A stretch of 64,000 nucleotides of DNA from Candidatus Kapaibacterium sp. (GTDB lineage: Bacteria > Bacteroidota > Ignavibacteria > Kapaibacteriales > UBA2268). The translations under genes were made by a program, and so were the position numbers. The notes beneath the pieces are model-generated. The model was not told the origin of the DNA. It saw only the letters and a program-made list of their open reading frames with translations, and searched no databases. This document shows positions 49,987-59,395 of this stretch, one piece after another; position 1 is the first letter of the stretch, and the number at the start of each line of letters is the position of its first letter. Location of the stretch: NCBI GenBank assembly GCA_963665665.1, contig OY762428.1, positions 1,184,001-1,248,000 on the forward strand, read 5' to 3'.

Positions 49987-52900
49987 TTAGAAATGGAAAT
50001 ATAGTCCGACCTCTGCTGTTCTCGGAGTCTGGTATCTGCCCCTGAACTGAACGAGAGTCCTGATATAATTAATATAGCTTTCATATTTTTCGAGCTGTGT
50101 TACAATACCGTTACGATCGTGATCGGAATTGATATTATAAAGCCTTTCGCCATAAAGATCATACTGATCGGAGCTGAATGTTTCTGCTATGGAGTAATCC
50201 GGCTCGTCATAGAATGATACGCTGCTGAATACACCAATACTGCGATAAATTGAAATACCATCGTCATCAGGATCGGATGTTGCAGGATAGTATCCTGTCG
50301 GTTCCTGTCTGTCAAGCAGGTTAAATATATTGAAATAAAGTTCAAGCTGTGAGTCGGCAGCCGATTCACCAAAAATATCTTTAAGATTAAATGTTTTTGA
50401 CAGCCTGAGGTTTATATTCCAGTAGGAAGGATTCCTTTCGCCGTTCTGTTCGCCAATAGCCACACCCGAAGAATTGATCTTCGTGTATGGGTAACCTGAG
50501 CGCCACAGTCCCGAGAAGTTTGCTCTTGTGTTTGCAAGAGGAAATACTCCGCCGATTTCAGGGCCTTCTTCGTCGTTAAGGAATAAATCAATAATAAAGT
50601 TAAACCTGTGCCTTACGTCATTGCTAAGAGCATAAGTTGAAAGCGGGAAAGCAAGAAGGTCAGTGTATGGATCCACCGGCGGGTTATAGTTTGAACCGGA
50701 ACCGGAAGATGTACCTTCAAGGTATCCCAAAGTATAATTAAGCCTGAAGCCGTAGTTGTCGGAATGCATTTTCCTGAGTGTAAGCTCAAGGCCTCTTGAA
50801 TTACCATATTCGTTCACAGCATACTGATAGAAAGGATCCGGAACCACTGCGTAATAAACCAAACCAACCTGGTTGTAAATATCACGATAATATAGAGTGG
50901 CAGAAATTGACATTTCATCAGTAAACTGATTTTCGTACTGTACCTGATACTGATTAGTTCTCTGTGCATCAATGTTAGGATCGCCAAGAACCTGATTTCC
51001 CCTGGCATCGTCTTTGAAGAAGTTATCATACAACAAGCCAACCTGAGGCATCTGGAAATACATACCGTAGTTGATAGATATATTTGAACTTGCTGTTATA
51101 GGATAAGCCACGTTGATCCTCGGGCTTACCTGAATTTTGGCATCAGAATCAACAAAAAGTGAATCGTCTGAAATACCAAGAAATACATCAGTACCTTCAG
51201 GCCTTGAATACAGGTTTGGATTGAAATAATCAAACCTTACACCAGGGCTGAAAATCACGCCTTTATAAGTAACCTGGTCCTGTGCGTAAGCAGACATTCT
51301 CCATGGTTTAACAGGCTTACTTGTTTTTTCGGCTGTTTCAAGATAATCCACGTAGAAGTTGCCGCCCCACTCGTCTGTGTAAACATCAAAAAAGGGGCTC
51401 TGCTCGGATGGTGATTGATTATAGTGACGTCCCATTTCATAAGTTCTGAATTCAAAACCAGTCTTGAAAATATGAGAGAATTCTTCGCCTTCACCTTCAC
51501 CAATTGGCGTAGTGAATAATTTTGTATAAGAACCTTCTATCTGGTAGTAGGATCCTCTTCTAAGCTGGAATCCGGATGATCCGTGAGTAACGAAGAAATA
51601 CTGTAGTCCGTAGGAATTCTTTGTACCACTTGAATTTCCAGGGCCTTCGAAATAACCTGTAAGAGGGTTTACAATTGGCATGGAACCGAAAAGATAACCG
51701 TCTGAAGTTGTCCTGAAAGCTGTAGGCTGCTGGTAGTGATCCACGGCACCGTCGCCATAACCAGTTCCTGCCCAAACCAGGCCGCTGTTCGAGAACCTGA
51801 TATTATCCTGAGGTATCAGGAAGTCAAAGCCGGTGAAAAATCCCGGGTCATCAGTATTTACTCTTCTTGCAGTTTCATCATTTGTTTTTGATGTAGAAAC
51901 TTTTAATTCGTAAAAGCTTTTTGAATCGATTGTATGATTCAATTTAATATATGCAGTTGACATCAATGAGTTAGAAACATTTTGCTTCATAACTCTTTCA
52001 GGAATGCCATTTGTTGTTTCAAGAATTTCTCCCTGCGAGGTTGTATCATAAAATACCCCGGGGTCGTCAGCAAAATACCAGTTCCAGGATGAGTTAGCCC
52101 AGCTTGTAAGGCCAAACTGGCCGCCAACGATAAGCTGAATATCCTGTGAAATTGAAAATTTCAAATTACCTGTAATATTTTTCATCCATATACCAGAACC
52201 CGGAATATCTGATATTGTCAAACCGGAAGGATCCTGGATATCATAACCTGAATTTTCAGTACGTGACTGATATTTTGTGGCAATATAAAATGTAGAGTTT
52301 TCAAGAACAGGAAGAGGCAGCGGGCCGCCAAAACCAATGTCGAACTGGTTTTCGTTTGATGAGAACAAATCAGCTCCACCATCAATCTGGATAATCTTCA
52401 GCTGATTTCCATCGCGGATAACATCTGCTGTTTCATCGTTCGAACCATAAAGAAGCCCGAAAGGCCTTGTCCAGTTGATAAAACCTTCATATTTATTATT
52501 ACGGCCGTGTTTAACCATTGTATTAACAATACCGCCAAGAGCATCGCCATATTCAGCAGAAAAACCACCGGTAAGAACCTGGATCTCTTCTGTTGCAAAT
52601 GATGAAACGATCGGGGCATAAGTCATACCTGCACCACCGGCACCACCAGTAAACTGATTACTAACATCAACACCGTCAACGCGGATCTGAGTTTCAGTAT
52701 TCCTGGCACCCCTGATAGATACACCACCGCCGCCTGTTACAGCACCGGCTGTGAAGCCGATAACCGACTGAACGCTGGTACCAACAGTCGAAGTGATCTC
52801 TTCGCTGCCCATTTGCTGCACCTTACCAACCGCGCCGTTGTTAACCATTACTTTAGCGCCGACAACTTCAATTCCTTCTGTTTCAGTAACTTTATTTGTC

Positions 52901-53205
52901 AATTCAACAGAAATATTGGAAGTCTGATCGGCAGAAATCGTAACCTTTACGTTGTATTCATTGAATCCAACAGAAGTTACTTTAACAGTATAAGTACCTG
53001 CCGGAATGTTCACAATTGTAAATGAACCGTTTTTGTCCTTAACGTAGGTACCTCGGGTAGTACCCTCGACCCTTACCGTCGCACCTATAACCGGCTTGCC
53101 TTCATCGTCCACGACTTTACCTTTCAGAATACCGTATATACCGGCATCCGAGGTGACGGGGTAAAGGAAGCAAGCTACCAGTAGTAGAATAAGCACTTTA
53201 CGCAT
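49987..53205 (-). CDS. TonB-dependent receptor with N-terminal carboxypeptidase-regulatory-like domain
   Basis: GKVVD..G.PVIGATV; plug IRGAR...VDGV...TGGFSAEYG; SPRI; terminal PRTAEVGLYFHF. Start ATG 53205 follows aaggag. Confidence 0.92.
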   Translation of the reverse strand: MRKVLILLLVACFLYPVTSDAGIYGILKGKVVDDEGKPVIGATVRVEGTTRGTYVKDKNGSFTIVNIPAGTYTVKVTSVGFNEYNVKVTISADQTSNISVELTNKVTETEGIEVVGAKVMVNNGAVGKVQQMGSEEITSTVGTSVQSVIGFTAGAVTGGGGVSIRGARNTETQIRVDGVDVSNQFTGGAGGAGMTYAPIVSSFATEEIQVLTGGFSAEYGDALGGIVNTMVKHGRNNKYEGFINWTRPFGLLYGSNDETADVIRDGNQLKIIQIDGGADLFSSNENQFDIGFGGPLPLPVLENSTFYIATKYQSRTENSGYDIQDPSGLTISDIPGSGIWMKNITGNLKFSISQDIQLIVGGQFGLTSWANSSWNWYFADDPGVFYDTTSQGEILETTNGIPERVMKQNVSNSLMSTAYIKLNHTIDSKSFYELKVSTSKTNDETARRVNTDDPGFFTGFDFLIPQDNIRFSNSGLVWAGTGYGDGAVDHYQQPTAFRTTSDGYLFGSMPIVNPLTGYFEGPGNSSGTKNSYGLQYFFVTHGSSGFQLRRGSYYQIEGSYTKLFTTPIGEGEGEEFSHIFKTGFEFRTYEMGRHYNQSPSEQSPFFDVYTDEWGGNFYVDYLETAEKTSKPVKPWRMSAYAQDQVTYKGVIFSPGVRFDYFNPNLYSRPEGTDVFLGISDDSLFVDSDAKIQVSPRINVAYPITASSNISINYGMYFQMPQVGLLYDNFFKDDARGNQVLGDPNIDAQRTNQYQVQYENQFTDEMSISATLYYRDIYNQVGLVYYAVVPDPFYQYAVNEYGNSRGLELTLRKMHSDNYGFRLNYTLGYLEGTSSGSGSNYNPPVDPYTDLLAFPLSTYALSNDVRHRFNFIIDLFLNDEEGPEIGGVFPLANTRANFSGLWRSGYPYTKINSSGVAIGEQNGERNPSYWNINLRLSKTFNLKDIFGESAADSQLELYFNIFNLLDRQEPTGYYPATSDPDDDGISIYRSIGVFSSVSFYDEPDYSIAETFSSDQYDLYGERLYNINSDHDRNGIVTQLEKYESYINYIRTLVQFRGRYQTPRTAEVGLYFHF

Positions 53206-53254
53206 ATTACTTCTCCTTTTATCAAACCGTGTTAGTAAAAAATTATTAATCATA

Positions 53255-55234
53255 TTATTTTACAATATTTAATATTTGTGTTTCCCTCTCGCCATTTACT
53301 GTCAATACGCAATAATATGCGCCTGAAACGAGATTATTAGTTTCTATCCTGATATTATGAAGTCCCGCAGTTACAAAATCATTATGCAGAACTTTTATTA
53401 TTTCACCCTGTACTGTATATAATTCTATTTTACAGTTTCCGGGATTATTAATATTAAAATGTAAGTTAGTATAATCAGAAGCCGGATTGGGGTAAACACC
53501 TTCAATCCTGCTGTTTTCTTTTTTAATATTATCTTCAACACCAACCACAACGTTGAAATGGCCGCAAAGCAGGTACTGAGGAGCATACATACTGCGGTAG
53601 CGGATAATCCTGTCCTGATCACTGTCATTTTCATTCGGAATACTCATCAGTTCAAGTATCGGAATTTCTTCAAGATTATTTGGCAAATAGTCAGGTATCC
53701 ATGTTATCCTGTGGTACACAAGGCTGTCATTTGTCAGGTTGGTAACATTCCAATCAGACTGCCCGACTTCCCTGCTGGCTATGAACAGGTCGTGATCGGT
53801 AAATGTAACTGTACCTTCATCAACATCATGATTGAACCCTTGCAGGTCAACCCATTTAACAAGAAGGTTTTCGCCGTCCAGAGTCCTTGATATCTGCATT
53901 TCATAATCCACCTGGTTCACATCGAAACGGAATGAACGCGTGTTATCTTCATCCCAAAGCGGCAGCCACAACGGAGCAACGTCAGATATTTTCCTCATGC
54001 CCCATACACCTGATTCGTTAAAAACTTCAACAAGATGATGCGGAAGTTCGTTATATGATAAATTGGCATTGCCTTCATAAAATTTTAATACGAAATAAAC
54101 ATCACCATTATCAAGAACAGTCATATCTTTACTTCCTGAGAAGAAAGCAACACTGTCAGGATTCATTCCCTCGTTCTGAGCATAAGTCCTGGCAAGTGAA
54201 AAATCAAAGTAATCAAGATCGGACCATGTTCTTCCGTGGTCTGTTGATTTGCAAAATGAAGGAACGAACCTGTTATTGTATTCAGATTCATTGAAAACGC
54301 AAAAAGCGCCCATGTAAATATCTTTATCTTCACCGGCAAAATGCAAACTGATTATTCTTGCTGTAGATGCGCTGTCCGAAGTAGGCTCTAAAAAGTTGGA
54401 AGCACTCCATGCTTCGGGAATAACATAATCCCAGGCGCCGAAGTCTTCTGTATACCTATAGGCCATATTACTATTATCATTATAAAGGCCGCCCCTGTTA
54501 CCACCCGGAGGCATTACACCGCCAATAGCAAAAGTGTATGGTTCTTCGTCAACCACACCGCCAAGCAATTTGGCATCTGTTCCCCAGCCGTAATTATTGC
54601 CTTCAATATCCAAAGAATAATTTGCCGAAAAAGTATTTATCGGCGCGCCATAATAGATTCCGTTCAGGAATCCCTGCCAGCCATCGCCGTCAGTTAATGG
54701 GGAAGTATATATATATACCAGGTCCTCTTCAAATATAAATGGATAAATGCTGGGATAACGTGCATAATACCTCGGCTGATCTGCCTTAGCATTGTAAACC
54801 AGCATAGGATCTGTCCAGCTGTAGCCCCAGTCATCAGAAGTCCTGTAAAAGAGGTTGTCAAGTGTATTGGTTCCCGCATCTTCATCATCCCTGGAAAGAG
54901 CGCCACGCTTAATAGTAACGAGGGTGCCCGTTTCCGGGTGATAAACAAATGGCTGCTGCCTGTAGCTGAAGTAGGAGAAGCCGTTCCATAGAGAATCCAA
55001 TATCATGTAATCAACTTCCTGGATTTTGTCTTTTCTCTTATCGTTAATTCTCGATATCAAAGAGGCATCAGAACTTACATCCGGGGATATTGGCACCAGC
55101 CCCGAATATTGATTCAAATATTCCGTATCTTCGATAAGTGGTTCCTGAGCGTTCGCTTCCGCTGTTCCTGCAAGCAGGATCATTACTGAAAAAACAACGG
55201 TTGTAAGAATAAAGCAAGTAAAATTACGTTTCAT
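53255..55234 (-). CDS. T9SS type A CTD protein with Asp-box (sialidase-like propeller) motifs
   Basis: RTSDDWGYSW, KSTDHGRTWS; CTD VYPNPA...SGAYYC...LNIVK. Confidence 0.82.
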   Translation of the reverse strand: MKRNFTCFILTTVVFSVMILLAGTAEANAQEPLIEDTEYLNQYSGLVPISPDVSSDASLISRINDKRKDKIQEVDYMILDSLWNGFSYFSYRQQPFVYHPETGTLVTIKRGALSRDDEDAGTNTLDNLFYRTSDDWGYSWTDPMLVYNAKADQPRYYARYPSIYPFIFEEDLVYIYTSPLTDGDGWQGFLNGIYYGAPINTFSANYSLDIEGNNYGWGTDAKLLGGVVDEEPYTFAIGGVMPPGGNRGGLYNDNSNMAYRYTEDFGAWDYVIPEAWSASNFLEPTSDSASTARIISLHFAGEDKDIYMGAFCVFNESEYNNRFVPSFCKSTDHGRTWSDLDYFDFSLARTYAQNEGMNPDSVAFFSGSKDMTVLDNGDVYFVLKFYEGNANLSYNELPHHLVEVFNESGVWGMRKISDVAPLWLPLWDEDNTRSFRFDVNQVDYEMQISRTLDGENLLVKWVDLQGFNHDVDEGTVTFTDHDLFIASREVGQSDWNVTNLTNDSLVYHRITWIPDYLPNNLEEIPILELMSIPNENDSDQDRIIRYRSMYAPQYLLCGHFNVVVGVEDNIKKENSRIEGVYPNPASDYTNLHFNINNPGNCKIELYTVQGEIIKVLHNDFVTAGLHNIRIETNNLVSGAYYCVLTVNGERETQILNIVK

Positions 55235-55389
55235 ATACTCCCTCCGGTTTAGAAACATTTGTTTCAAGGAAACAATTCAAGTTTACAATATAAAAAGATT
55301 TTTTCTAATTAGGTAAAATATTTGGAACAATCATTCGGAATGTATTGTTTATTACATGGAAATGAAAATTCCTTGAAATCATATTAACC

Positions 55390-56781
55390 TTATAACCTAA
55401 ATTGAATTCCATATACCAGGGATGCCGTCGATTTTAATTCACTGTATTTTTTCGATAGATTATACATCGCAGCCGTAAAAAGTCTCGCTTCGCCTCCTAA
55501 AGTTATATAAATACCAGACACAAGTTCATATTTTCCAAAAAATCTAAGGTATCCCAGCGGGCCGTCATTCGAAGCGCCGACACCAAGGCGTCCGTTCAAC
55601 GACAGGTTACTGGAATTCATCAGGGTTGCCTCGTAGAAAGCAGACCCCCAGAACATTTGTTTATCCCTGTCAATTTCCATGGGATAAGAGATCATATTTT
55701 CCCCGTCATCGGGATTAAATTCTTCAACCATATTGCCGGTATTTGCTGGTGGCACCTTCCCGGCAGGTACGCTGATAAACATTGTTTCCGAGTATGAATA
55801 CTCGGTATATCCAATTTCAATACCCATTCTTTTACTATCATTAATATTATAGGCCAGTGACTGTGAGAAATGGGATATCGCGGAATTATTCCTTGTATTA
55901 ATCCCTTTCCTGTAAAAATCACTACCGAAGAAAGAAGATATCTGAATTTCATCATTCAGCGAAATATTATCAAAGAATGCAAATCTTGCGGATTCACCGG
56001 GTGCACCCATCATTAAATCATTCATTGCGGAAATACCCGATGCCATTCCGAATCCATTATTGGAAAAGGTAGGCAGTACATTGGCACTTGTTTCGATTTC
56101 TTCAATATCGCTAACGTTAGAAAAGGATTCCGCAGCAAAATTCAAATTACCATTTAAGTTCTCTTCTTCGGGCATTTCAACAGCAACCATCAGGTTGTTT
56201 GAAATTGGTTCCGAATTTGCCCTGTTCATTAACTCATTTTCATTGTTTCCGAAAGCATCCTCTGCCATAGCCGGGCGCTCAACAGGGCCGGGCACCTGAG
56301 CAACAGCATTATCATTATTGTTTTCGGAAACAAATTCACCATCATTTTCCCTAACCTTTGCATCATTTTCATCCACGGACGTTCTGTTAATTTCCTGATC
56401 GTTCTGTATATTTAAGTTGTAGCTCATTATGGGGTCGGTTTCCAGCCTTGCCAAATCACTTATATTAAAAATGGTAAACAGCAGGAAAACAGCAACCATA
56501 GAAGCATAAACCGGGATGGGCCTTCTTTTGCGCGGGATAGGATTTTCATCGGGAAGCTCGCCCATAATCCGCATCATAATTTTATCTTCAGTAGCTCTGA
56601 AGATATCCTGCGGAGTTTCGATCGAAGCTGCATCTTCCCTGAAAGCAACGTGAAGGCTGACTGAGGAGTAAAATTTCTCCCTGGCATCATCATCGCTGGC
56701 AATCATCTGGCGAAGGTCTGCATCTTCGGCCTGGCTGAGTTCCCCATCGAGGTATTTCGATATAAGATCCTCAAGATTCAT
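55390..56781 (-). CDS. Putative dual-membrane-spanning anti-sigma factor (anti-sigma domain - TM - disordered linker - C-terminal beta-barrel)
   Basis: N-terminal LISKYLDGELS; TM YASMVAVFLLFTIF; N/E-rich linker; amphipathic strands ending YGIQFRL; overlaps the ECF gene. Confidence 0.75.
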   Translation of the reverse strand: MNLEDLISKYLDGELSQAEDADLRQMIASDDDAREKFYSSVSLHVAFREDAASIETPQDIFRATEDKIMMRIMGELPDENPIPRKRRPIPVYASMVAVFLLFTIFNISDLARLETDPIMSYNLNIQNDQEINRTSVDENDAKVRENDGEFVSENNNDNAVAQVPGPVERPAMAEDAFGNNENELMNRANSEPISNNLMVAVEMPEEENLNGNLNFAAESFSNVSDIEEIETSANVLPTFSNNGFGMASGISAMNDLMMGAPGESARFAFFDNISLNDEIQISSFFGSDFYRKGINTRNNSAISHFSQSLAYNINDSKRMGIEIGYTEYSYSETMFISVPAGKVPPANTGNMVEEFNPDDGENMISYPMEIDRDKQMFWGSAFYEATLMNSSNLSLNGRLGVGASNDGPLGYLRFFGKYELVSGIYITLGGEARLFTAAMYNLSKKYSELKSTASLVYGIQFRL

Positions 56782-57334
56782 AAAGTTCCTTACGCAATGG
56801 TTTCAATAGTTTTCTTAAAAGTACTCTGCCCCTGTGAACACGTACCTTGGCCAGAGAAAGGTCTATGCCAAGCACGTCGGAAATTTCCTGGTAAGTCAGT
56901 TCCTCGTATTCCCTCAGAATGATAGCTTCTCTCATTGCCGGCGGTAACATCTGAATAGCACTTTCGATATATTCTTTCATTCCAATATCGCTTTGCTTTT
57001 CAGTTTTTTTGCCGTGAAAAACTTCATCGAAGGAATCGTGGTCTTTACGTGCGCGGATAAAATTCAGGCAGGTGTGCCTTGCGATGGTAAACAGCCAGGC
57101 TGCGAAATTTTTCCCGTGGAAATCTTTCCTATGCTCGTAAACACGGATAAAAGTTTCCTGGAAAGCATCCTTTGCCTGAGCTTCATCGCCGAGCATTCTT
57201 AGGCAGAATCTGTAAACCTTGTTGTTGTACTTGGCATACAAAATCTGAAAAGCCTCGGCGCTACCCTTCTTCAGGTCTTTTACCGCCTGTTTCAGCTCGT
57301 CATCATTTACCCTATTTGCTCTTTTCCCAAACAT
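56771..57334 (-). CDS. ECF RNA polymerase sigma-70 factor
   Basis: AKDAFQETFIRV, FAAWLFTIAR, REAIILREYEELTYQEIS...KVRVHRGR. Confidence 0.94.
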   Translation of the reverse strand: MFGKRANRVNDDELKQAVKDLKKGSAEAFQILYAKYNNKVYRFCLRMLGDEAQAKDAFQETFIRVYEHRKDFHGKNFAAWLFTIARHTCLNFIRARKDHDSFDEVFHGKKTEKQSDIGMKEYIESAIQMLPPAMREAIILREYEELTYQEISDVLGIDLSLAKVRVHRGRVLLRKLLKPLRKELYES

Positions 57335-57373
57335 AATTTCCTGTTAGTTTCTCACAAGGAGCTTTTATTCGAA

Positions 57374-57400
57374 GACACTTTATCAGAAAAAAAAGTTACA
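57374..57400 (-). promoter_or_regulatory. Putative ECF-type autoregulatory promoter TGTAAC-N17-TGTC
   Basis: Minus strand tgtaac (57400-57395), 17-nt spacer, tgtc (57377-57374); 40 nt upstream of the ECF start. Confidence 0.55.
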
Positions 57401-57437
57401 ATAAAATAGCCTTGAAAAAAATAATTTTCAAATCAGC

Positions 57438-59135
57438 TTATTTCTGTCGAATTTCGGCAATTAATTCTATAAATTTTTCATATTCAAGTGTGTTAACAAC
57501 ATCTTTTTTTTCAAGGCCGGCTTTTCTTGCCACATCAACACCATAATAAATATCACTTAGCGTTGAAGTTTTATGCGAATCGGGATTAATCGCAATCTTC
57601 ACGCCCTTTTCTTTAGCATACATTGCATTTTCCCAGGATAAATCCAGCCTGTAGGGATTGGCGTTAATCTCAATAATTTTCCCGTAGTCAGCCGCAGCCT
57701 GAATAATATCTTTAACATCAACCTCGTAGGCAGGCCTAACAAGTATCAGGCGTCCGGTAACATGCCCGAGCATAGTAGTATAAGGACTCTTCAAAGCGCA
57801 GATGATCCGGGTTGTCATATCCTTTTTACTCATATTGAAAGAGGAATGAACTGATGCAACAACCATTTCGAAACCCGCAAGAGTTTCCTCATCGTAATCA
57901 AGTGAGCCATCCGAAAGAATATCGGCTTCAATTCCCTTTATAATTTTAATACCATGATTCTCTTCATTCAGCTTATCAATTTCGTAATGCTGTTTTTTAA
58001 CCCTGTCAGGTGTAAGGCCATTGGCATAAGAAGCAGCCTGGCTGTGATCGCAGATTGCAAAGTGTGTGCATCCGAGTTCTTTCGATGCCAGTGCCATTTC
58101 TTTTATACTGTTCCTGCCGTCGCTCCATGTGGAATGGCAGTGCAGCATCCCTTTTATATCATCATTCTTAATTAACTCAGGGAGCTCACCCTTTTCTGCT
58201 TTATGCAGGAATTTTGCTTTTTCCCTTAACTCGGGAACCACAAAATCCATTTTCATCTGACTATAAATATCTTCCTCGGAATTTATTCCTGTGAAGTATC
58301 CGAAACTGCCATACTTCGTTTCAATTAAATTATTAAATTTTTCAAGATATTCCTTAGAAGCAGAAAGCTCATGTATTTTCAGGTAGTAACTTCTATCCTC
58401 CTCCGGGTGGATATTTATCTTCAGGGCATCAATATCAAAATCTGCAAATTTTTCATTTCTTCTGATTTTTTCAATAATTTCATTCCTGACCGAATCAGAA
58501 TCAAATATTGTCGGTTCGGAAACCATAACAACAATATCTATACTGTCAATTGTTTCTGATTTTTTCTTATAGTCACCTGAAATCTCGAACTTTACAATAT
58601 CGGGATTATCAAATTCAATCTGTTCAATGAACTTTGTAATTTTCCTGGCCTCTTCCTGTCGTAGCCTTCCCTTACCAGCCTTAACATGCTGAATACTATT
58701 CAGAACCATTTCCTGGGATTTGGCGCTGAATCCTTTAATTTTCCTGAGCTCATCATCAACACATAGTTTTTCAAGGCTGTAAATATCTGAAACACCATGT
58801 TCAAAAAATAATTGTCCGGCTTTCTTTGGCCCGATATTAGCAATTTTCCTGATCGTTAAAACAGATTCCGGAATTTCAGAAGTGAGCTTTTTGTAATACT
58901 CCATTTCCCCGTTCAAAACATAATCCGAGATTTTTTCCTGAAGAGCCTTGCCAAAGCCTTTTATATCTTTCAGGGTATTTTCCTCTACTGCTTTTTTTAC
59001 ATCAATATTCTGCTCCCTGATAATCTCGGCGGCATTTTTATATGCTCTTGTTTTAAAATGGTTTTCACCTTTTATCTCGAGCAGAGATGCTATATTTTCA
59101 AGGATTTTTATCAGTCTTTTATCAGCCATATTCAT
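57438..59135 (-). CDS. polX: PolX-PHP family protein with degenerate polymerase site
   Basis: GENHFKTRAY, HhH motifs; PHP motifs HCHSTWSDG, CDHS, GIEADI, EINANPYRLD, NPDSH. Confidence 0.88.
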   Translation of the reverse strand: MNMADKRLIKILENIASLLEIKGENHFKTRAYKNAAEIIREQNIDVKKAVEENTLKDIKGFGKALQEKISDYVLNGEMEYYKKLTSEIPESVLTIRKIANIGPKKAGQLFFEHGVSDIYSLEKLCVDDELRKIKGFSAKSQEMVLNSIQHVKAGKGRLRQEEARKITKFIEQIEFDNPDIVKFEISGDYKKKSETIDSIDIVVMVSEPTIFDSDSVRNEIIEKIRRNEKFADFDIDALKINIHPEEDRSYYLKIHELSASKEYLEKFNNLIETKYGSFGYFTGINSEEDIYSQMKMDFVVPELREKAKFLHKAEKGELPELIKNDDIKGMLHCHSTWSDGRNSIKEMALASKELGCTHFAICDHSQAASYANGLTPDRVKKQHYEIDKLNEENHGIKIIKGIEADILSDGSLDYDEETLAGFEMVVASVHSSFNMSKKDMTTRIICALKSPYTTMLGHVTGRLILVRPAYEVDVKDIIQAAADYGKIIEINANPYRLDLSWENAMYAKEKGVKIAINPDSHKTSTLSDIYYGVDVARKAGLEKKDVVNTLEYEKFIELIAEIRQK

Positions 59136-59345
59136 AGTTTTCTAATTTACAATAATTCAACTTGCAAAATAGCCATTTTTACCGAGAGAACCATAATCCA
59201 ACGTCATCACAAACTCATCAATTCAAACAATAAAAGTAACAGATATTATTGATCTGAATTCAGCTGAATAACTGATATATTGCTCAATTTCCAAATTTAT
59301 TCCTAATATATTCAGTAATAACATTGAACTAAATCAAATAATCAT

Positions 59346-59353
59346 TAATTTTG
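59346..59353 (+). promoter_or_regulatory. Bacteroidota-type -7 element TAnnTTTG
   Basis: taattttg about 43 nt upstream of the 59396 start. Confidence 0.4.
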
Positions 59354-59395
59354 CAGATTACAGTAAGTGAAATAAATTAGAAAACCGGATAATAA

